Numbered from the stretch's first letter, positions 16,773 to 25,541 are shown. The stretch is 26,455 nucleotides of DNA from an uncultured Candidatus Cloacimonadota bacterium (GCA_964460095.1 CAYWPW010000001.1:1-26455), one strand, 5' to 3'. Translations and numbers: made by a program. The notes: generated from the letters alone by a model not told the origin.

Positions 16773-18455
16773 ATGGCACTTAAACGTTATGAAATTGATG
16801 AATTAGAACACAAAATAGTTCATGTGAAAAAAAGAGGGATGGATTTAATACGCGATCCAATGCTGAATAAAGGTTCAGCATTTTCCGATAAAGAAAGAAA
16901 TGAATTCAATCTATATGGATTAGTTCCTCCGCACGTATCTACATTTGAAGAGCAGATAAAAAGGGTTACTGAGAATTATCGCAGAAAAGACACAGATATT
17001 GGAAAGTATATTTTTTTAGAAGCATTGCACGACCGGAACGAAATCTTGTATTATGCATTACTGCTGAGAAACCTGGAAGAATTGACTCCAATTGTTTACA
17101 CTCCCACTGTTGGAACTGCATGTCAGCAATTTGGTCATCTTTTCCGACGAGCAAGAGGAATGTATATCTCCGCTAAAGCAAAAGGAGATTTCAAAAAAAG
17201 AATTAATAATTGGGCAGAAGATGAGGTCGATGTAATCGTCGTTACTGATGGCAGCAGAATTCTTGGTCTTGGAGACCTGGGAGCAAGCGGAATTGGAATT
17301 CCAATCGGGAAACTCTCTTTATATGTTGCTTGTGCCGGAATCTATCCTTCCAAAAAACTACCGGTAGTAATCGATGTGGGAACAGATAATGACGCTTTAT
17401 TGAAAGATCCTTTGTATTTAGGAGGAAAACACCCTCGGATAAAAGGAGAAGAATTTTACGAAATAATCGATGAATTCATCGTTGCAGCTCATGAACGCTG
17501 GCCTAAAGCATTAATTCAATTTGAGGATTTCACGAATGACCACGCCTTTCCATTATTAAATAAATATCGCGAAAAACTTCTTTGCTTCAATGATGATATT
17601 CAAGGAACAGGCGGAGTTGCTCTGGCAGGACTTCTGGCAGCAATGAGGATAACCAAAGAAAAATTAAATGAACAGAAAATCATCTTTCTTGGTGCCGGTT
17701 CAGCAGCAGTTGGCATTGCAGATATGATAGTTGCCGGAATGATGGAAGAAGGATTATCCAAAGAAGAAGCACGAAAAAGATTCTGGTTCATCGATAGTAA
17801 AGGTCTCGTAACATATAAACGTGGTGATAAACTGGCAGAACATAAAATCGCATATGCCAGAAATGAGAAATTCCAGAAAACACTTCTCGAAGTTGTAAGA
17901 TCAGTCAAACCGACAGTATTAATGGGTGTGAGCAAACAAACAGGAGCATTTAATGAACAAGTAGTTCGGGAAATGAAAAAACATGTAGATACTCCTATCA
18001 TCTTTGCATTATCGAATCCAACATCCAAATCGGAATGCACGCCCACACAGGCTTATGAATGGACTGATGGAAATGTGGTTTATGCCAGCGGCAGTCCTTT
18101 TGATCCCATCAAATATAAAGGAAAAACTTATGCCACAGGTCAGGGAAATAATATGTATATTTTCCCGGGTGTTGGTCTGGGAGCTATTGTCTGTCAGGCT
18201 ACAAAAATAACGGATTCAATGTTTTATATAGCAGCAAAAACTTTAGCAAACATGGTTAAAGAAGAGGATTTAAAAAAAGGTAGAATTTATCCTGATTTGA
18301 AAGATATCAGAGAAATTTCAGCACAAATTGCTTTTGCTGTTTGTGAAGTTGCATATGCCAATGGCATTGCCTGGACAAAAAGACCGGAAAACCTTCTCGA
18401 ATATATTAAAAGCAAGATGTTCCAGCCGGTTTACCTGCCTTATAAAGCGGTGTGA
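16773..18455 (+). CDS. maeA: Malic enzyme, large MaeA/SfcA (eukaryote-like) type, probably NAD-dependent
   Basis: PMLNKGSAF, PIVYTPTVG, VTDGSRILGLGDLG, GKLSLY, QFEDF, FNDDIQGTG, GAGSAA, LSNPT and GQGNN. Confidence 0.93.
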   Translation: MALKRYEIDELEHKIVHVKKRGMDLIRDPMLNKGSAFSDKERNEFNLYGLVPPHVSTFEEQIKRVTENYRRKDTDIGKYIFLEALHDRNEILYYALLLRNLEELTPIVYTPTVGTACQQFGHLFRRARGMYISAKAKGDFKKRINNWAEDEVDVIVVTDGSRILGLGDLGASGIGIPIGKLSLYVACAGIYPSKKLPVVIDVGTDNDALLKDPLYLGGKHPRIKGEEFYEIIDEFIVAAHERWPKALIQFEDFTNDHAFPLLNKYREKLLCFNDDIQGTGGVALAGLLAAMRITKEKLNEQKIIFLGAGSAAVGIADMIVAGMMEEGLSKEEARKRFWFIDSKGLVTYKRGDKLAEHKIAYARNEKFQKTLLEVVRSVKPTVLMGVSKQTGAFNEQVVREMKKHVDTPIIFALSNPTSKSECTPTQAYEWTDGNVVYASGSPFDPIKYKGKTYATGQGNNMYIFPGVGLGAIVCQATKITDSMFYIAAKTLANMVKEEDLKKGRIYPDLKDIREISAQIAFAVCEVAYANGIAWTKRPENLLEYIKSKMFQPVYLPYKAV

Positions 18456-18460
18456 GAACA

Positions 18461-18522
18461 GTAGCCCAACACTCCGTGGCGGAAAAGATTTGTTTGATGA
18501 AGGCGTACGAAGATATAAAAAT
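18461..18522 (+). pseudogene. Relic of the 3' end of a fumB-like gene
   Basis: 18487-18522 encodes DLFDEGVRRYKN, against DLFDEGVKKYRK at the end of the intact fumB (12032-12067). The bases upstream resemble a frameshifted VANDxxG motif. Confidence 0.6.
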
Positions 18523-18601
18523 AATGAACAAGGAATGATGATTTTAGAATGATGAAGGAAATAAAAAATTGAATAATGAACAAGGAATGATGATTTTAGA
18601 A
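18520..18601. repeat. Perfect 30-bp direct repeat, two copies 22 nt apart
   Basis: AATAATGAACAAGGAATGATGATTTTAGAA at 18520-18549 and 18572-18601. Confidence 0.9.
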
Positions 18602-18715
18602 AAGAGAATAAAAATAGTATTAGAATTCAAATGAAAAACTTTGACGGATTAGAATAGTTTTTATTTCTGTAAACAGGTTAAATTAGATTTTTTGAAAAAT
18701 AAATTGGAGGAAAAA

Positions 18716-20443
18716 ATGGCAAGCAAAGCAAGTATTGATTTTTACAAGAATTTGAAGGAAATGTCTTCGATTCGAGCTGTGGCGGAAACGATAATGCTAA
18801 ATCCAAAAGTTCGGAAAGTAAATGCACGTGAAGCTTATGAAATGGCAATGAAGCAACCGGGAGTAGCAGTTACGGATTTAGAAATTTATCCTCCTTTTGC
18901 TGAACATTTGGGACTGCCAAAAGGTGCAAAAGTGCTTAATGACTGTCATGGCAAAATTATTGGACGCACAGCAAAAGCAAGAGTGTTCTATAACAGAATA
19001 CCGGGAGCTGAAAAAAAGAAAGTCGAAGGTGATGCCAGGGAAGCAATGTTTCAACTTGAACATTACGATTTGATAAAATGCGAGGCTGTATTGGGTTTGG
19101 ATCCTGATCTTATGATAAAAGCAACTTATGTGACTACAACTACAGATGCCAGCAATGTTTTTAATTGGTTATGCAATTTCGCTCCGCTTGAGTTGATGAA
19201 AGAAGAATATGAAAAAAGCAAACCTCTTCCAATTCAGGATGTTATCATTGTTGCATTTAATGAATGGACCTGCGACGATCCGTATTATCACAATGTTGGT
19301 GCTCCTCAAATCGGTCTGGTCGATGAAACCCAGAACGTTATTTTCAATTTTGGAATGCGTTATTTTGGTGAGCGTAAAAAAGGTACTTTAACTCTTGCCT
19401 GGACATCTGGTATGAGGTTGGGAATGGCTGCCTGCCACGGTGGTATCAAAGAAATTGATTTCTCAGGTTGTGCAGATGAATATAAAAAATTAGGCAAGAA
19501 ATCGATTGCTTTCTATGGTCTTTCCGGTACAGGAAAATCCTCACACACAAACTCAATCGATAATGGCGGTACATTACCTGCAGGATTCGAAAAATATTGC
19601 CTTCACGATGATGCTTTCCAGATCGATACCGATGATAAAGTATGTCGTGTCTGGGAACCTGCTTTGTTCGATAAAACAGATAGCAGAGATCTTGATAATC
19701 CTGATTGGAAATACTTGATTGCTCTTATGAATCATGCGATGATAGAACGAAATGGAAAATTATTACCTCTTGGATTGGATGTTCGACAGGCAAATGGAAG
19801 AGCACTACTGGATCGAGACCTTTTGGGTAACTGGGTAAATAGATGCAGTTTCCCGGAAGCTTTAACCTGGCTTATGAAGGATACAGCACTTCCTCCGGTT
19901 CATAAATATAAAGATAAATACCTGGCAGTTGCCATGGGTGCAGCTCTTATCACAAAAAGAAGCAGAGCGGAAAATGTTACGGAAGAAGACCTCAAGAAAT
20001 TGGTTTTTGAACCTTTTGCAAATCCTTTCAGGGTTTATGAACTTTACAAAGATGTGGAATCATTCATCAAGGTTCTGGAAACCGGAGCGGATTGTTACAC
20101 GTTCAATTCTGCAGGATACTGGAAATCTTCAGATGATGATTTGGACGACGTCAAATTGCAAACATCTTTAACTTTGCAAACAGGAATCTTAATGGAACAG
20201 CTTGAATGGGAAGATTGGGACATGCTGCCCGGTGCGATGATTCCTACAAAAGAATCTGTTGAAAAAATTCTTCCCGGTTATTATGAGAGATATCATCCTG
20301 ATAAGCGTGAAAATATGGATGAATATGTTGTACTTCTGAAAGATCGTTTCGAGCAAAGACGAGAGTATTTGAAATCATCCGATGTGGCAACTAAACCGGA
20401 ACTACTTGAAAAGCTTGTAAACGCATTGCAGATCAAAGAATAA
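18716..20443 (+). CDS. pckA: Phosphoenolpyruvate carboxykinase (ATP), divergent type
   Basis: ATG 18716 follows GGAGG. RYFGERKKG, ACHGG, P-loop GLSGTGKS and the metal-binding HDD are present. Confidence 0.8.
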   Translation: MASKASIDFYKNLKEMSSIRAVAETIMLNPKVRKVNAREAYEMAMKQPGVAVTDLEIYPPFAEHLGLPKGAKVLNDCHGKIIGRTAKARVFYNRIPGAEKKKVEGDAREAMFQLEHYDLIKCEAVLGLDPDLMIKATYVTTTTDASNVFNWLCNFAPLELMKEEYEKSKPLPIQDVIIVAFNEWTCDDPYYHNVGAPQIGLVDETQNVIFNFGMRYFGERKKGTLTLAWTSGMRLGMAACHGGIKEIDFSGCADEYKKLGKKSIAFYGLSGTGKSSHTNSIDNGGTLPAGFEKYCLHDDAFQIDTDDKVCRVWEPALFDKTDSRDLDNPDWKYLIALMNHAMIERNGKLLPLGLDVRQANGRALLDRDLLGNWVNRCSFPEALTWLMKDTALPPVHKYKDKYLAVAMGAALITKRSRAENVTEEDLKKLVFEPFANPFRVYELYKDVESFIKVLETGADCYTFNSAGYWKSSDDDLDDVKLQTSLTLQTGILMEQLEWEDWDMLPGAMIPTKESVEKILPGYYERYHPDKRENMDEYVVLLKDRFEQRREYLKSSDVATKPELLEKLVNALQIKE

Positions 20444-20448
20444 ATTAT

Positions 20449-20476
20449 GGGCAGACGTAAGTCTGCCTTTTTTTTT
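20449..20476 (+). terminator. Intrinsic (Rho-independent) terminator
   Basis: GGCAGAC-GTAA-GTCTGCC stem with a GNRA loop, followed by T9, a few nt after the pckA stop. Confidence 0.9.
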
Positions 20477-20563
20477 ATCTAATCTGAAGATAGACATTAT
20501 TTCGATTTTCATTAAATACAAAACTTGATTATTTAAGTTTCTTCTGTGCTGGATTTTTTTTCG

Positions 20564-20661
20564 TTGACATAAAAAAATCAAACTAACATTTGTAAATTGC
20601 GTAATAATTGATTTCAAGAACAGAATTTTTTAACTCGGGAATGTGATTGATAATCGATCAA
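20564..20661 (+). promoter_or_regulatory. Candidate promoter/operator region of gltA-acn-icd
   Basis: Exact TTGACA at 20564-20569, with no -10 at canonical spacing (TAACAT lies 14 nt downstream). Inverted repeat TTGAT-N5-ATCAA at 20647-20661. The region follows a terminator. Confidence 0.3.
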
Positions 20662-20707
20662 AAAAAAATCAATTTTTGCAAAAAAAATATAAAAAAGGGA
20701 GGAACAA

Positions 20708-22003
20708 ATGCCACGATTGAGAGAGAGAATCAGAACAAGAATTCCAAAAATTCGAGCTCTGATTAAAGATGAGATTTTGAGTAAACATGCGGGTGAAACC
20801 GTTGGAGATGTTACTGTCAAACAGGTTTATGGTGGTATGAGGGGAGTAATCGGTTTAGTTTGTAATTCTTCTTATGTAGATCCATATAAGGGTTTACACA
20901 TTAGAGGAATTCCTCTTGATGAATTAACCGAAATAATTCCGGAAGAGATGTTTTACCTGCTTTGTACCGGAGAAATTCCTGCAAAAGAAGATTTGGAAAA
21001 ATTGCAGGAAGAAATGCGTCTGCGTTCCGAAGTTCCCGAACATGTGTGGGATGTTCTGCGAGCTTTACCCAAAGATACACATCCGATGACAATGTTCAGC
21101 ATTGCAATTATGGCCATGGAAGGAAGTTCCATTTTCAAAGAAAAATATGCTGCTGGAATGAGAAAAGCGGATTACTGGGAAGCCACTCTGGATGATTCTT
21201 TAGAAATCCTGGCAAAGCTGCCTACAATCGCTGCCGGTATTTACAGGATAAGATACTCTATGGGAGATCTGATACCTTATGATAAATCTCTGGACTGGGG
21301 TGGTAATTATGCAAAAATGCTTGGTGTTCCCGATCCTAATGGAGAATTCGCAAAATTGGTAAGACTGTACCTGGTTCTTCATTGTGACCATGAAGGCGGA
21401 AATGTAAGCGCATTTACAGCCCGAGTTGTAAATTCCGCACTTTCAAATCTTTATTATGCTGTTTCTGCCGGTTTGAACGGACTTGCAGGACCTTTGCATG
21501 GCTTGGCAAATCAAGAATGTTTGAAATTTGTTTTATCGATTCAGGAAAAATTTGATAAAGCTCCTTCCAAAAAAGAGCTGGTAGATTTCGTATTATCAAC
21601 TTTGAAAGTTGGTAAAGTTGTTCCCGGATATGGTCATGCAGTTTTGAGGGCAACTGACCCGAGGTTTACAGCATTTTATAAGTTTGGTGAAAAGCATTGT
21701 GCCAAAGAAGAAACTTTCCTGATTGTGAAGAGACTCTTTGAAGTAGTTCCGGATATTTTGAAGGAATACGGTGGAGGAAAAATAGCTGATCCATATCCGA
21801 ATGTTGATGCTATTTCGGGCTCACTTTTGTTCAAATATGGATTAACCATGTTCGATTATTACACTGTTATGTTCGGTGTTTCCAGGGTTTTGGGATTCTG
21901 TGCCCAGGCAATAATGGCTCGTGGTCTTCAGGCTCCTATCATCAGACCAAAAAGTGTAACAAATGAGTGGATATTCGATAAATTAGGAATTAAGAAAAAA
22001 TAA
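20708..22003 (+). CDS. gltA: Citrate synthase, eukaryote/Geobacter-like Si type
   Basis: YGGMRG, DHEGGNVSA, NGLAGPLHGLANQE, VVPGYGHAVLRATDPR, PNVDA and FGVSR match the mitochondrial-type signature. Confidence 0.93.
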   Translation: MPRLRERIRTRIPKIRALIKDEILSKHAGETVGDVTVKQVYGGMRGVIGLVCNSSYVDPYKGLHIRGIPLDELTEIIPEEMFYLLCTGEIPAKEDLEKLQEEMRLRSEVPEHVWDVLRALPKDTHPMTMFSIAIMAMEGSSIFKEKYAAGMRKADYWEATLDDSLEILAKLPTIAAGIYRIRYSMGDLIPYDKSLDWGGNYAKMLGVPDPNGEFAKLVRLYLVLHCDHEGGNVSAFTARVVNSALSNLYYAVSAGLNGLAGPLHGLANQECLKFVLSIQEKFDKAPSKKELVDFVLSTLKVGKVVPGYGHAVLRATDPRFTAFYKFGEKHCAKEETFLIVKRLFEVVPDILKEYGGGKIADPYPNVDAISGSLLFKYGLTMFDYYTVMFGVSRVLGFCAQAIMARGLQAPIIRPKSVTNEWIFDKLGIKKK

Positions 22004-22010
22004 TCATTCG

Positions 22011-22154
22011 CTCGTTCCTACGCTCCAGCGTGGGAATGAAGAAACAGACGCTACTGCGTCAGAAAGGGAATATTAGATTAATCCCTGTAAAATTGAGCAG
22101 CTTTGGTGCAAAACGTTTGACGATTGTGTTCCCACGCAGGAGCATGGGAACAAG
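22011..22154. repeat. Inverted doublet of REP-like palindromes (REPIN/BIME-like), family members 3 and 4
   Basis: CTCGTTCCTACGCTCCAGCGTGGGAAT (22011-22037) and, on the opposite strand, CTTGTTCCCATGCTCCTGCGTGGGAAC (22128-22154). A small GACGC-TACT-GCGTC hairpin lies between them (22047-22060). Confidence 0.8.
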
Positions 22155-22179
22155 AAAATGAGGTAACAGGAAAAAAAAT

Positions 22180-24114
22180 ATGGGTTTCAATATTATCCAG
22201 AAAATTATAAAATCTCATCTTATCGAAGGAGAGATGGAAGCTGGTAAAACTGTCGGCATCAAAATCGACCAGACCTTAACTCAGGATGCTACGGGAACAA
22301 TGGCTTACCTTGAATTCGAAGCAATGGAAATTTCTGAACCAAAAACCGAAATTTCCGTGAGTTATGTAGACCATAATACCAGCCAGATGGGATTTGAAAA
22401 TGCTGATGACCACAAATATCTGCAAACAATAGCAAAAAAATTCGGATTATATTACTCCAGAGCAGGAAATGGGATTTGTCATCAGGTTCACCTGGAAAGA
22501 TTTGGGATTCCGGGAAATACGCTTTTAGGTTCAGATAGCCATACTCCAACCGGAGGCGGAATGGGAATGATGGCTATCGGTTCCGGTGGTCTGGATGTTG
22601 CCAGGGCTATTTCTGGTTTTCCTTTTTACATTACTTTTCCCAGAGTTCTGAAAATAAATTTGACCGGTAAATTAACTGGCTGGGTTTCTGCGAAAGATAT
22701 AATTTTGTATGTTTTGGAACTTCTTACTACAAAAGGAAATGTGGGTTGGATGATCGAATTCGGTGGTGTAGGAGTAAAAACCCTGAGTTTACCGGAACGG
22801 GCAACAATCACAAATATGGGTGCTGAATTGGGAGTGACCACCTCGATTTTTCCAAGCGATGAAATTACTTTATCTTTTCTTAAAGCCCAAGATAGAGAGG
22901 ATGGTTGGAAGGTACTGAAGGCAGATAACGAGGCAAAATACGACAGAATCATTGATATCGATCTTTCTACTCTCGAACCCAGAGTTGCCACACCGCACAG
23001 CCCGGGAAATATAAAACTGGTTAGTGAATTAACCGGAATGAAGGTTGATCAGGTTTGTATTGGAAGCTGTACAAATTCATCATTTAAAGATTTAATGATA
23101 GTAGCTGAAATGCTAAAAGGGAAAAAGTTACCTGCAGGTATGAGTCTTGTAATTGCTCCCGGCTCAAAACAGGTTTTGGAAATGATAACTAAAAATGGAG
23201 CTTTATCAGATTTAATCTCGTTTGGTGCGAGGATAATGGAATCTGCTTGTGGATTTTGCATCGGCAATGGTCAAGCACCTGCAACAGATGCTGTATCGGT
23301 TCGAACTAATAATCGTAATTTCAAAGGACGTTCCGGAACACAGTCCGCAGGCATTTATCTGGTTAGCCCGCAAACCGCAGCAGCTTGTGTAATAACCGGT
23401 GTTATGACCGATCCCAGAGATCTTGGGATGGAACCTCCGGAAATTACATTACCAGAAAAGTTCAAAATCGATGATAGTATGATAATTCCTCCAGCAAAGC
23501 AGAAAGAGGTAATTAAGATTTATCGCGGACCAAATATCGGAAATCCACCCACAAACAAACCTCTGGTTGATGAATTTTTTGGAGAAATAACTTTAAAGGT
23601 TGGAGATAAAATTACTACAGACCACATAATGCCTGCTGGGATCAGGTTGAAATATCGCTCAAATATTCCCAGATATTCCGAATTTGTTTTTGAACCTGTT
23701 GACTCCACATTTCCAGCAAGATGCCTTTCCAACAAAGAGAAAGAAAAAGCAAATATCATTGTTGCGGGATTAAGTTATGGTCAGGGTTCATCCCGGGAAC
23801 ACGCTGCGATTTGTCCTTCATTTTTGGGTGTGAAAGCAGTTATTGCAAAATCCATTGAAAGAATTCACTGGGCAAATCTTATAAACTTTGGCATTATTCC
23901 CATGATTTTTACAGATGAATCAGATTTTGATAAAATCGAACAAAATGATGAATTAGAAATGACTGACTTAATTCAAACTATCAGAAACAAGAGCAGTTAC
24001 ATCATCAAAAACAAATCTAGAAACATAGAATTTGAAGTGAAATTGGAACTGAGCTTCAGAGAACGAGAAATATTAATCGCAGGTGGAGTTTTAAACATAA
24101 TAAAAATCAGTTGA
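22180..24114 (+). CDS. acn: Aconitate hydratase (compact ~640-aa type)
   Basis: QDATG, GICHQ, DSHT, cluster Cys in IGSCTN and ACGFCIG, NRNFKGR, TTDHI and GQGSSRE. It sits between gltA and icd. Confidence 0.88.
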   Translation: MGFNIIQKIIKSHLIEGEMEAGKTVGIKIDQTLTQDATGTMAYLEFEAMEISEPKTEISVSYVDHNTSQMGFENADDHKYLQTIAKKFGLYYSRAGNGICHQVHLERFGIPGNTLLGSDSHTPTGGGMGMMAIGSGGLDVARAISGFPFYITFPRVLKINLTGKLTGWVSAKDIILYVLELLTTKGNVGWMIEFGGVGVKTLSLPERATITNMGAELGVTTSIFPSDEITLSFLKAQDREDGWKVLKADNEAKYDRIIDIDLSTLEPRVATPHSPGNIKLVSELTGMKVDQVCIGSCTNSSFKDLMIVAEMLKGKKLPAGMSLVIAPGSKQVLEMITKNGALSDLISFGARIMESACGFCIGNGQAPATDAVSVRTNNRNFKGRSGTQSAGIYLVSPQTAAACVITGVMTDPRDLGMEPPEITLPEKFKIDDSMIIPPAKQKEVIKIYRGPNIGNPPTNKPLVDEFFGEITLKVGDKITTDHIMPAGIRLKYRSNIPRYSEFVFEPVDSTFPARCLSNKEKEKANIIVAGLSYGQGSSREHAAICPSFLGVKAVIAKSIERIHWANLINFGIIPMIFTDESDFDKIEQNDELEMTDLIQTIRNKSSYIIKNKSRNIEFEVKLELSFREREILIAGGVLNIIKIS

Positions 24115-24180
24115 GAATCCACAAAATCGAGGAATTTCGTAAGTGATGAGTAATAATAATAAAATATTTGGAGGAGAAAA

Positions 24181-25527
24181 TTGATGTATCAAAAAATTGA
24201 AGTACCATCAAATGGAAAAAAAATAACCTTTAAAGATGGAAAATTAAATGTTCCGGATAATCCCATAATCCCGTTTATTGAAGGTGATGGAATGGGTCCT
24301 GATATCTGGAGAGCGACCAAGAGAGTGCTTGATGCAGCAGTGGAAAAAGCCTTTGCAGGAAAGAAAAAAATTATCTGGATGGAAATTCATGCAGGATTAT
24401 CTGCTCTCAAAAAATATGGGAATGATGATATTTTACCTGAAGATACGCTCAATGCGATCAAGGATTTTAAAGTTGCTATCAAAGGACCTCTTACCACTCC
24501 GGTTGGCGGATTTGATTATGTGTGCCTGGTTTGTTCCAAAGAGCAAAATGGAGAGGATGGCAAAAGACCTGAGAAATGCGTTAAATGCGGCTCGGAATTT
24601 GTTACCAAAAGATTTCGTTCTCTCAATGTGAGTTTAAGACAGATTCTTGATTTATATGCCTGTGTGCGTCCCGTAAGATGGTACAAAGGTGTTCCTTGTC
24701 CTGTGAAAAGACCGGATAAATTGGATGTGATCGTTTTCAGGGAAAATACGGAAGATGTTTATGCAGGAATCGAATTTCAGGAAGGAACAGAAGAAGCTAA
24801 AAAAATTATCAATTTCTTAATTGATGAAATGAAAAAAAATGTTCGCATGGACAGCGGAATTGGCATCAAACCTATTTCTATCACAGGCACAAAAAGGTTG
24901 GTCAGAAAAGCGATTAATCACGCCATAGAGCAGAACCTGCCAAGTGTTACTCTGGTTCATAAAGGCAATATCATGAAGTTCACGGAAGGTGCATTCAGAG
25001 ATTGGGGCTACGAACTGGCAAAAGAGGAATACAGGGATAAAATCGTAACAGAGCAGGAACTATGGGATGAATTTGACGGCAAAATGCCGGAAGGAAAAAT
25101 CCTCATAAAAGATAGAATTGCCGACCAGACATTCCAGCAGGTTTTGCTTCGTCCTGATGAATATAGTGTGTTTGCCACACCGAATCTGAATGGCGATTAC
25201 CTTTCCGATGCCTGTGCTGCCCAGGTGGGTGGACTCGGTCTTGCACCGGGTGCTAACATTGGCGATGAAATCGCCCTCTTTGAAGCGACCCACGGAACTG
25301 CTCCCAAATATACAGGAATGGATAAAGTTAATCCCAGCTCCCTGATTCTTTCCGGTGTAATGATGCTCAAATATATGGGTTGGATAAAGGCTGGTGAAAT
25401 GATCGAAAATGCTTTGGAGAAAACCATTTCTCAGAAAACAGTTACTTACGACCTGGAACGACAGATGGAAGGTGCTACAAAACTGAAAACTTCTGAATTT
25501 GGAGAAAAAATAATCGAAAATATGTAA
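24181..25527 (+). CDS. icd: Isocitrate dehydrogenase (NADP, homodimeric type) with a CxxC...CxxC insertion
   Basis: [45 protein letters not shown], and NADP determinants HGTAPKY and TYDLER. Start is TTG 24181 or ATG 24184. Confidence 0.95.
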   Translation: MMYQKIEVPSNGKKITFKDGKLNVPDNPIIPFIEGDGMGPDIWRATKRVLDAAVEKAFAGKKKIIWMEIHAGLSALKKYGNDDILPEDTLNAIKDFKVAIKGPLTTPVGGFDYVCLVCSKEQNGEDGKRPEKCVKCGSEFVTKRFRSLNVSLRQILDLYACVRPVRWYKGVPCPVKRPDKLDVIVFRENTEDVYAGIEFQEGTEEAKKIINFLIDEMKKNVRMDSGIGIKPISITGTKRLVRKAINHAIEQNLPSVTLVHKGNIMKFTEGAFRDWGYELAKEEYRDKIVTEQELWDEFDGKMPEGKILIKDRIADQTFQQVLLRPDEYSVFATPNLNGDYLSDACAAQVGGLGLAPGANIGDEIALFEATHGTAPKYTGMDKVNPSSLILSGVMMLKYMGWIKAGEMIENALEKTISQKTVTYDLERQMEGATKLKTSEFGEKIIENM

Positions 25528-25541
25528 AAGAGGGTAAAGCC

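Noticed and set aside
18520-18601. Mini CRISPR array
   Set aside because: Only two repeats, a 22-nt AT-rich spacer, no palindromic repeat and no cas genes in the window.
20647-20661. FNR box
   Set aside because: The spacing is N5, whereas FNR needs TTGAT-N4-ATCAA. It is kept only as an unassigned palindrome.
22180-24114. Homoaconitase or fused isopropylmalate isomerase
   Set aside because: It is flanked by gltA and icd, with no leu or lys genes in the window.
30-25427. The many short antisense and alternate-frame ORFs in the track
   Set aside because: All overlap well-supported + strand genes and show no recognisable motifs or RBS, so they are treated as shadow ORFs.
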